Assembly (NCBI GenBank): GCA_034669905.1
Contig: JAXMOL010000004.1
Span: 64,001 to 128,000, forward strand
Direction: 5' to 3'
DNA length: 64,000 nucleotides
Source: Candidatus Hydrogenedentota bacterium
GTDB lineage: Bacteria; Hydrogenedentota; Hydrogenedentia; Hydrogenedentales; JAEUWI01
This document shows, piece by piece, positions 57,062-64,000 of the stretch; within the stretch, counting starts at the first letter, position 1, and each line of letters starts with the position of its first letter. A model generated the notes under the pieces. That model saw only the letters and a program-made list of their open reading frames with translations. It searched no databases and was not told where the DNA came from. Position numbers and translations under genes: made by a program.

Positions 57062-59203
57062 TTAATCCTGTGCCGCTGAAAGACGCTGCACATACCATGT
57101 AAAACGAAACGTTTGCGACCCGCCCGGGAGGAGCTGAATGGGCCACGCTGGCAGTACCACACTGCCCTGATGGACCCGCTCCTGCCCGCATTCGGACTGG
57201 CTGATCGTTTCCAGGGGGAAGAGATGAAAATCGATGGCCTCTCCCGTATGAAAGCCGGTTTCCAGTTTTTGCCACCCATCCCGCAGGGACAGATGCTTCA
57301 AGGCACACTCGGTCTGACGTGCTCCCAGGAGCAACCCCATCAAATCCCGATCCTCCGAATGATAGTAGCGATCCTCGGCGTCTCCCGTAAGAAAATTCAC
57401 CACGATCTCCGGACAAAACACGCCACGAAGCGACTCCGTGCTCTCGTTCCCTATATCATACGCGATTTCGAACGAAGATTCATCGCTGTGGAGGCATAAG
57501 GCCTTGCGAATCCGCAAGAAGCCGTCCGGCACGTGCAATAAGGGTGCCCGCGTTTCCAGACTGAGGGATGGGGCACCGGGAACGACTTCGTAGACCGCCT
57601 GGGTGCAATCCGCCAATTCCTCGGCCTGATTGCGGTAGATCGCCTCTACCGTGGTTTCCTCGGGAAAGAAGTGGTCCCGCAAGCTGGCCCTTCGACAGAG
57701 GTCCGTATAGAGCAGAGCGGCCAGACCGCGCTCTTTGGGCTGAAAGGGTTCATGGATACTGTGGGCACCGTGCTCCGGATTGGCTTCCTGCTCTTCCGTG
57801 GCCAGATTGTCGTGGTAAGGCTCTTCACGGCGCGCCAGGGTGTTCAGCAGGTTAAAAGCCAGGGGCTTATAATCCAGTTCAAACAGGGTACCCCCATCGT
57901 GGGGGGCAAGGAACAGGCCCAGCAGGCCGTTCTCCAGTATCTGTTCTGCCTGTCCATCGCCGTCGAAGTCGACCGATTCCAAGGTGATCGATTGCGGCCG
58001 GGGTTCCAAGAGGTCCAAGGCGTTCTCTGCCCGAATTAGCTCCTGGTAAATCGCGGTACGCAGGTGGTTGAGGTATAACCCGCCAAACTGACCATGCCAA
58101 TACGCGCAATTGCACTGCCCGCGGTGCAGATGGGTTTCGGCCTCCTGGAAGGCCTCCGTATCCGCCAAATGCCGCAAGCGGTCCAGTCGCTTACTGACGC
58201 GCAGCATGCGTTTCTGCATGGTATTGGCTTCGGGATACTTCGCCAGGAAATTGCGCCAGAAGCCCCCCTGCATAAAGGGTGCACACTGGGCATTCAGGTC
58301 GGGATACTCGGCCAGGGCCGCACGAGCCGCACGCAATTCCCGTTGGCGGGGCGTGGGGAGGGCCCACGCCATCATCTCCTGATAGGAAGCGCAGGTAACG
58401 TAGGTGCGACCTACCGGCGGATGGGCATCCAGGTGGGTGCGATAGGTGACCGCGTGGAGCCATTCTTTGTTGTCGGTCAGGGCCTGAAAGAATTCCTCCA
58501 GCCAGCCTTCCTCGTAGACGCTCTCGTAGGTGAAGGGCCAGGAGCCGAACTTCTCGCTGTCGTCATGCACGACCACACAGCGGTCACCGGCTTCGGTAGC
58601 AAGGTCCTTGAGGTAGTCGATCGTTTCGCTCACCTGATGAAAGGGAATGAGGTAACGGAGCTTCTCCTGGATGGGAAATATCTTGACCGCTTCGCCTTCT
58701 TCCTCGGTCATGTAATAGCCGTAGAGGTCTTCGGGACGGAGGCCGGAGCAGAGAAAATGGGCATCGTCCAGGGCGGCATACTCAACACCGGCCTGGGCCA
58801 GAATGCGGGCCATATGGGGTTCCCAGACCCGCTCGGTAAGCCACATACCCCGGGGACGCACCCCCAGGTGGGTCTCACAGAACTGCTGCATGCGCACGAT
58901 CTGAGCCCGGGCATCCCGCTCCGGAATGGCACACAAGAGAGGCTCATAGTAACCGCCCCCCATGATTTCAATCTGGCCCGCCTGGGCCATACGTGCGATG
59001 CGCTCCACAAACTCAGGACGGTGGGCAAGAAACCAGTCCCACAGGGGGCCCGTATAGTGCAGGGTCACCTGTACGGCAGGGAAGCGTTCCAACACATCCA
59101 GAAAGGGTTTGTAGGAACGCTCATAGGCTTCTTCAAAAACGAAATCGAAGTTGCCTACGGGCTGGTGTCCGTGACACCCCATAATGAGGTTTATATGCTT
59201 CAT
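57062..59203 (-). CDS. GH57 alpha-amylase / 4-alpha-glucanotransferase
   Basis: HGHQPVGNF, YYEP, GMWLTERVWEP (nucleophile), LRYLIPF, DDSEKFG (acid/base), SYQEM..WALP, QCNCAYWHG.FGGLY..HLR. Confidence 0.9.
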   Translation of the reverse strand: MKHINLIMGCHGHQPVGNFDFVFEEAYERSYKPFLDVLERFPAVQVTLHYTGPLWDWFLAHRPEFVERIARMAQAGQIEIMGGGYYEPLLCAIPERDARAQIVRMQQFCETHLGVRPRGMWLTERVWEPHMARILAQAGVEYAALDDAHFLCSGLRPEDLYGYYMTEEEGEAVKIFPIQEKLRYLIPFHQVSETIDYLKDLATEAGDRCVVVHDDSEKFGSWPFTYESVYEEGWLEEFFQALTDNKEWLHAVTYRTHLDAHPPVGRTYVTCASYQEMMAWALPTPRQRELRAARAALAEYPDLNAQCAPFMQGGFWRNFLAKYPEANTMQKRMLRVSKRLDRLRHLADTEAFQEAETHLHRGQCNCAYWHGQFGGLYLNHLRTAIYQELIRAENALDLLEPRPQSITLESVDFDGDGQAEQILENGLLGLFLAPHDGGTLFELDYKPLAFNLLNTLARREEPYHDNLATEEQEANPEHGAHSIHEPFQPKERGLAALLYTDLCRRASLRDHFFPEETTVEAIYRNQAEELADCTQAVYEVVPGAPSLSLETRAPLLHVPDGFLRIRKALCLHSDESSFEIAYDIGNESTESLRGVFCPEIVVNFLTGDAEDRYYHSEDRDLMGLLLGARQTECALKHLSLRDGWQKLETGFHTGEAIDFHLFPLETISQSECGQERVHQGSVVLPAWPIQLLPGGSQTFRFTWYVQRLSAAQD

Positions 59204-59293
59204 AGAACTTGGACAACCTCTCTGGTGCGCTGACCATGCGTGCTTTTGCCCATCATGAATTGCCCGATGATGTGCCCCCAACACGACGCTCCG

Positions 59294-60262
59294 CTAGTTG
59301 CTTCGCTGATTGATGATGCCGAGAATCCGGTTGTTGAACTCCTCGGCGGGATTCGTGCCGAGTTCCTTGAGGCGATGGTTCAGCGCGGCCACCTCAATAA
59401 TAATGGCAATGTTTCGTCCGGGACGAACGGGAATGCGCAAGTGGGGGATGCGTACACCCAGAATGTCGAGGTGTTCTTCTTCGAGGCCGGTGCGGTCATA
59501 GACCTTCTTCTGGTCCCATTCTTCGAGCTCGACCACCAGGCCGATACGCTTGGTGTTGCGCACGCAGCCCACGCCAAACACGGCTTTTACGTCGATGATA
59601 CCCACACCCCGAATTTCCATGTGGTGCTCGATAACGGGATTGGTGGCCGCGTAGAGATTGTCTTCCCGAAGTTTCTTGAGAGCGACCACGTCATCGGCGA
59701 TAAGCCGGTGACCACGCTCGATAAGTTCCAGCGCGGTTTCGCTCTTACCGACGCCAGGTGTACCGACGATCAGACAACCCACGCCGTAGCAGTCTACCGC
59801 CGTGCCGTGGATCACGGTCTCGGGCGAAAACTCCTCGGCCAGAAAGAGGATAATCCGGCTGATCACCTCATCCGTGGAGCGGGAGGTACGTAAGACCGGC
59901 ACACCACGGTGATTGCACAGATCCAGGAAGACATTTTGAGGAGAGAGATTCCGGGAAAGCACGAAGATTGGAATCTCAAAGGAAAACATGGCCGTGAGCC
60001 GCCGTTCCAGCAGGGCCGGGGGCAATTTTTCCATGTAGTGAATTTCGGTATTGCCCAGGAGCTGCACGCGATCGTTTGCAAAATACTCCAGGTAGCCGCT
60101 CAGGGCCAGCCCCGGACGATTAATATCCGACGTAAATACCGGGCGGCCAATACCTTGAAAACCGGCGATGACCTCGATATCCAGATCATCGGTCATACGA
60201 TCCAAGAGCCGGGCCACGGGGATACTGCGCTTCCGGTTTACAGGGAGGTCCTGGGTGTCCAT
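59294..60262 (-). CDS. hprK: HPr(Ser) kinase/phosphorylase
   Basis: RPGLALSG, G.PGVGKSETALELIERGHRLIADD, EIRGVGII, PVRPGRN...IIEVAA.N. Confidence 0.96.
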   Translation of the reverse strand: MDTQDLPVNRKRSIPVARLLDRMTDDLDIEVIAGFQGIGRPVFTSDINRPGLALSGYLEYFANDRVQLLGNTEIHYMEKLPPALLERRLTAMFSFEIPIFVLSRNLSPQNVFLDLCNHRGVPVLRTSRSTDEVISRIILFLAEEFSPETVIHGTAVDCYGVGCLIVGTPGVGKSETALELIERGHRLIADDVVALKKLREDNLYAATNPVIEHHMEIRGVGIIDVKAVFGVGCVRNTKRIGLVVELEEWDQKKVYDRTGLEEEHLDILGVRIPHLRIPVRPGRNIAIIIEVAALNHRLKELGTNPAEEFNNRILGIINQRSN

Positions 60263-60351
60263 GAATACCCTCGTGGGATGAGCGTGCGGCCGGGGGGGGA
60301 GAGCAGAACGGCGGACCAACACCATGGCGTGGTCCGCCGTATAATCAATGA

Positions 60352-60942
60352 CTAGAATTTGGGTTCGATGAGCCCGAAGGTACCGTCTTCACGCGCATAG
60401 AGCACATTGACTTCCGAAGTCTCCGCGTTAGAGAACACCAGGAAGGGCTGATCTTCGACCAGTTCCAACTGCATGGTGGCTTCCTCGACGCTCATCGGTT
60501 TCATCGAAAGCTTTTCGCGGTGTACCACCCGGTGGGCCACGGCCACGGCCGTATCGGAGTTCTCGACCGATTCAAGCGCTTCTTCCACCGCGGCAGCACT
60601 ATCCATCGAGATAATCGCATGGTGATAGTCCCGTGCTTCCCGTGCCGTGCGGGGCTGGTGGCGGTTGATCCGGTCCTTATACTTCCGAATTTGTTTCTCG
60701 ATCTTGGCCAGCGCGGCGTCGACAGACGCGTACATGTCCGCTGAAGCCTCTTTGCTGTGGATGCGTACCCCGTTGGTGTGCAGGTTTACTTCCGCAATGT
60801 GACGGTGCTTCTCCACATCCAGGACCACGTCGGCCTCGAAGGCGTTGTCGAAGTGGGATTCTACTTTCTCCAGCCCTGTCTGGATATATGCTTTGAGGGC
60901 GTCGGTCATTTCCATGTGTCGACCGGTTACCGTAATGTTCAT
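60352..60942 (-). CDS. hpf: Long ribosome hibernation promoting factor
   Basis: MNITVTGRHMEMTDALK.Y, DMYASVD, C-terminal KPMSVEEA...FLVF.N...NVLY.R.DG..GLIEP. Confidence 0.93.
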   Translation of the reverse strand: MNITVTGRHMEMTDALKAYIQTGLEKVESHFDNAFEADVVLDVEKHRHIAEVNLHTNGVRIHSKEASADMYASVDAALAKIEKQIRKYKDRINRHQPRTAREARDYHHAIISMDSAAAVEEALESVENSDTAVAVAHRVVHREKLSMKPMSVEEATMQLELVEDQPFLVFSNAETSEVNVLYAREDGTFGLIEPKF

Positions 60943-60983
60943 AGTCAGGTGACCTCCATTGCTCTAAGACTAATGATAATGCG

Positions 60984-61013
60984 ATCATAGCACCCACTAC
61001 GAAAGGGTGTCAA
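60984..61013 (-). promoter_or_regulatory. Sigma70 promoter of the hpf-hprK operon
   Basis: TTGACA-18 nt-TATGAT with an extended TG. A GTCAAA-N8-TTTGAC inverted repeat (61009-61028) overlaps the -35. Confidence 0.7.
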
Positions 61014-61200
61014 AAGTATTCCTTTGACGGACAAAAACGGAAAACCAATGCCGAAAACACCCCTAAACCGCGCCTTTTAGCGTTTCTTGCGTTTTCGAAA
61101 CGAGAAGGATTGCCGCTGATTTTTGCCCAGAATGATGGGGCCACGCCGAGGGCCAGGGAGGTGAGGCGCTTTTTCACAGGGCTGGTGAATATGAAAATTC

Positions 61201-61229
61201 TTGTAATTTAGTCAACAATTAACTATACT
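61201..61229 (+). promoter_or_regulatory. Sigma70 promoter of the gene at 61289
   Basis: TTGTAA-17 nt-TATACT in an AT-rich tract. Confidence 0.6.
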
Positions 61230-61288
61230 ACCCCTTGTGGCTAGAGAGCGACGGCTACACACGTCCAACGTGTACGTGGAGGCTTGGT

Positions 61289-61780
61289 ATGGCAAAACAG
61301 GCACAACAAAAACAGGAACGGGTCATCGAGGCCGTGCGGAATGGCCTCGACGGTGACGACGCCGTGGAATTTATCCGCCAGAGCGGATTTGCCATGACGA
61401 CAGCCGGGATTGCCCGACATTTACGCAAACTGGGAGGGAGAGGGAACATCGTGGCCTTGATTGAAGCGGGACTGAGCAATCTGGAGATTCTGCACCGGGT
61501 ATATGGTGACATTGATGCCGAACTGGAAGCGGCCCATACGCCGAGCCAACAGGAACTCTTCAGTGACAATCCACCCACACCCAAGGTGCCGGATAACCTC
61601 CTGTTGCACAAGGATCTCTTCGAGAGCACCAAGATTACACTGAAGATCCCCAATGACCTTCATGAAGCCCTCCGCATGGCCGCCCGGGCCGAAGAAACGA
61701 CCCAGTCCCAGCTCATTATCGATATCTTGACGAGCGCCCTTTCTCGCATGACCTTTGAAATGCCCCGCGACGAAGAGTAG
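61289..61780 (+). CDS. Hypothetical protein with C-terminal ribbon-helix-helix-like domain
   Basis: GGAGG RBS. C-terminal KITLKIPNDLHEALRMAARAEETTQSQLIIDIL fits RHH. Confidence 0.7.
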   Translation: MAKQAQQKQERVIEAVRNGLDGDDAVEFIRQSGFAMTTAGIARHLRKLGGRGNIVALIEAGLSNLEILHRVYGDIDAELEAAHTPSQQELFSDNPPTPKVPDNLLLHKDLFESTKITLKIPNDLHEALRMAARAEETTQSQLIIDILTSALSRMTFEMPRDEE

Positions 61781-61988
61781 GGGGCTTGGGTTGGTAGTGC
61801 ATTGAAATCTAGCGGCACTGGCCACGCTTCAAAGGACCTGAAGGACTGGTGCAACGAAGATAACTGGCCACATGGCCAGCAGAAATTTCCAGCGATAAGC
61901 CCCACAGACGACCACCCCGCCAACACATCATCGGCAACGCTCCAAAACATTGTCCCTTCGGTCGTTTTCGTCCTTTTGATTCATACCC

Positions 61989-62753
61989 CTATTGCAACAA
62001 GGTCATAAAGACCAGCAACTCCACCTCGATAATCAGGTGCACGAGACAGGCGACCAGCCAGTTTTTCCGAACCAGGCACCACAGGGTCAAGACCACGGAA
62101 AAGGCGCACATGCCGATGGCCTCCAGGCCCGGCTTCTGCAAGTGATAGAGCGTTTCCGACAAGGGCACGGCGAGCCAACACCACTCCTGCCAACGCAGGG
62201 CCGGAAGTCCCCAGCGCCCCGTCAGTTCCTCCCGCTGCACGGCCCGGAGCAGCACATAGCGGTGGAGAAACTCCCAGCCCAGCAGCCAGGAGAAATTCCA
62301 GATCATGGCCCGCTGGACGTAGCCCCATTTCTGTTCCGCGCCGAGGTGCCCGAGACTCGGGTAGGTGGCCTGCAACGCCGGGATAAGGGGGATGATGAAC
62401 ATGGCGAGCATGCCCAGCACGGTAAGCCCGCCAATGAGAAGCCCATCCCACCGGTCCCATTTTCCTGCCAAATAGCGCCACTGCATCCTGGGCAGAGACA
62501 CGACGAAGGGGATAACGAACCAGAAGATAAACTTGAAGACGTCAAAGCCCGACCACGGGGTGCCCCGAAGAGACGGGAAGGTGGTGGAGAGGTACCACTG
62601 AAGGCGCGACCAGGGAAAGGGCCACTGAACGCGCTGGGCCGCCAGGGTATCGATGCCCAGCACAAGAATCATGTAGACGACCACTACGGCCAACCATACG
62701 TATTGAGGCCGTCGTGTAGAAGCGCTTTTATCGTGCAAGTTTCTTCCCCTCAC
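61989..62753 (-). CDS. CPBP/Abi-family intramembrane metalloprotease-like protein
   Basis: Multiple TM helices, WEFLHRY, LYHL.KP..E, VHL. Start uncertain. Confidence 0.65.
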   Translation of the reverse strand: MRGRNLHDKSASTRRPQYVWLAVVVVYMILVLGIDTLAAQRVQWPFPWSRLQWYLSTTFPSLRGTPWSGFDVFKFIFWFVIPFVVSLPRMQWRYLAGKWDRWDGLLIGGLTVLGMLAMFIIPLIPALQATYPSLGHLGAEQKWGYVQRAMIWNFSWLLGWEFLHRYVLLRAVQREELTGRWGLPALRWQEWCWLAVPLSETLYHLQKPGLEAIGMCAFSVVLTLWCLVRKNWLVACLVHLIIEVELLVFMTLLQ

Positions 62754-63414
62754 GCGTGTCCGGGAAGGGGCAGAGATCCCGCAGGGTGCACTGGGAACAC
62801 TTGGGCACCCGCGCGGTGCACACGGCCCGTCCGTGAAAAACCATGTAGTGGGAGAAGAGGGTCCAGCAGTTGGGGGGCCAGACCTTCATCAGGTCCTGCT
62901 CAATCTTTACCGCATCCTGATTCTTCGTAAAACCGAGGCGATTGGTGAGGCGCGTGCAATGGGTGTCCACAATGACGCCCTGATGGCCAAAACACTCCCC
63001 GAGAACCACGTTGGCCGTCTTCCGGCCTACCCCCGCAAGCTGGACCAGTTCCTCCATGGTCTGAGGCACTTCACCGTCAAACTTCTCCATGAGGCTGCGG
63101 CAGGTGGAGAGGATGTTCTTCGCCTTCTGCCGGTAGAAACCACAGGAGTGGATAATCTTCTCTATTTCTTTCTGTTCCACCTCCAGAAAATCCTTGGGGT
63201 GGGGAAAGCGCTCGAAGAGTTCAACCGACACAATATTCACCCGCGCATCGGTGCACTGGGCGGCCAGGGCCGTCATGATCAGCAGTTGAAAGGGATTCTT
63301 GAAATCGAGGGTACATCGAATATCGGGATACAGCTCCGCGAGACGTGCATACACCTGGGGCGCACGTTCACGATTGGCCGTGAGGGTTGTCTTGATTTTT
63401 GGGGCAGCGGTCAC
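62728..63414 (-). CDS. nth: Endonuclease III
   Basis: AQCTDARVN, HhH LAGVGRKTANVVL, VDTH, GRAVC.AR.PKC..C.L...C Fe-S motif. GTG 63414 follows AGGAG. Confidence 0.96.
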   Translation of the reverse strand: MTAAPKIKTTLTANRERAPQVYARLAELYPDIRCTLDFKNPFQLLIMTALAAQCTDARVNIVSVELFERFPHPKDFLEVEQKEIEKIIHSCGFYRQKAKNILSTCRSLMEKFDGEVPQTMEELVQLAGVGRKTANVVLGECFGHQGVIVDTHCTRLTNRLGFTKNQDAVKIEQDLMKVWPPNCWTLFSHYMVFHGRAVCTARVPKCSQCTLRDLCPFPDTREGKKLAR

Positions 63415-63646
63415 ACGGGTACTCCTGCGGGATTGGCTCTGCGGGGCGGGGCATCGTTCCATGTGCCGGCGCAGAATGAAATTTTGGAATGGGCCCATTG
63501 TACGAGGATGGGGGGCACAATGTCATGCTACGTGGATGAATCGTCACCCCCACATTCTTCTTGAGTTGTCTCACGGTATATTGCATTATGGCTGTCGGAG
63601 TAGAGCGTGTAACTACGGGGGAAGACACACAACGGGAGGAAAAGCA

Positions 63647-64000
63647 ATGGCCGAACCCATATTCATGTCCAATGAGGATGACCCACGGATGGTGGAGGCC
63701 CATCGCGCGGCCCAGCAGTCCTTCAAGTATTTCTGGCGAGAACTCAGCTGGGAACGGCGGAGAATCGTTCCGGGGCTGGGTGTGGCCATGATAAAACTCG
63801 CTTTCACGGATGGCCCTCGCACGGACGGAAAACCGGACTACGAACAGATGTGGTGTACGGACGTGGAGTTCGATGGGGAAACCTTGAAGGCTAAACTCAT
63901 CAATGCCCCCAACTGGCTCCAATCGGTCAAGGTGGGGGACGCAGTGGAGGTGCCCTTCGCCGAGTTATCGGACTGGATTATGACGGCCAATGATGTGGCC
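63647..64000 (+). CDS. DUF2314/YegJ-like protein (5' part; runs off the window)
   Basis: Not in the ORF track. GGAGG RBS, then MAEPIF...AQQSFKYFWRELSWERRRIVPGL..AMIKLAF...EQMW...LINAP...VKVGD...SDW. Confidence 0.75.
   Translation, partial: MAEPIFMSNEDDPRMVEAHRAAQQSFKYFWRELSWERRRIVPGLGVAMIKLAFTDGPRTDGKPDYEQMWCTDVEFDGETLKAKLINAPNWLQSVKVGDAVEVPFAELSDWIMTANDVA

Noticed and set aside
61829..61984. Minus-strand frame MNQKDENDRRDNVLERCR-TGA-CVGG...LQVL, a possible selenocysteine read-through (CRUC)
   Set aside because: No convincing SECIS hairpin, poor RBS spacing and no recognisable family; probably chance or a gene remnant.
1..64000. CRISPR arrays, tRNA/rRNA genes, IS elements, prophage or defence systems
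   Set aside because: None seen by eye; almost all sequence is accounted for by metabolic or housekeeping CDS with short spacers. A covariance-model search could still find small RNAs.

Overview
GC-rich, gene-dense bacterial chromosomal window with about 52 CDS. I found no rRNA, tRNA, CRISPR array, transposase or phage gene. My impression of the lineage is Hydrogenedentota/PVC-like, but this is unverified. Main blocks in order: (1) a sugar-acid cluster (mannonate oxidoreductase-like SDR, HAD phosphatase, pdxB, LarA-family racemase/epimerase truncated at the left edge); (2) glycosyltransferases, an orphan kinase, an M14 peptidase, DUF2851, a molybdopterin oxidoreductase, an aldo-keto reductase, manC and an ArnT-like GT; (3) a FixL-like heme-PAS kinase with a REC-PAS-sigma54 activator, flanked by a DASS transporter and an acetate-CoA ligase/GNAT (Pat-type) gene; (4) an AraC-controlled GH88-Gfo/Idh/MocA-SDR operon next to a GH141-like protein; (5) a translationally coupled methyltransferase-bshC-bshB1-bshA operon, suggesting N-methyl-bacillithiol synthesis; (6) a housekeeping run hpf-hprK-GH57-ptsH-ptsI-dxr-rseP-aspartokinase-pyk, with an alpha-glucan enzyme inserted among the PTS regulatory genes; (7) nth, a CPBP protease and a DUF2314 gene at the right edge. 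The strongest novel candidate is block 3: three readable sigma54 -24/-12 promoters and a shared ACACTAGTGTGC motif at near-identical spacing suggest a local gas/O2-responsive sigma54 regulon. All family assignments come from motif recognition; no database search was run.
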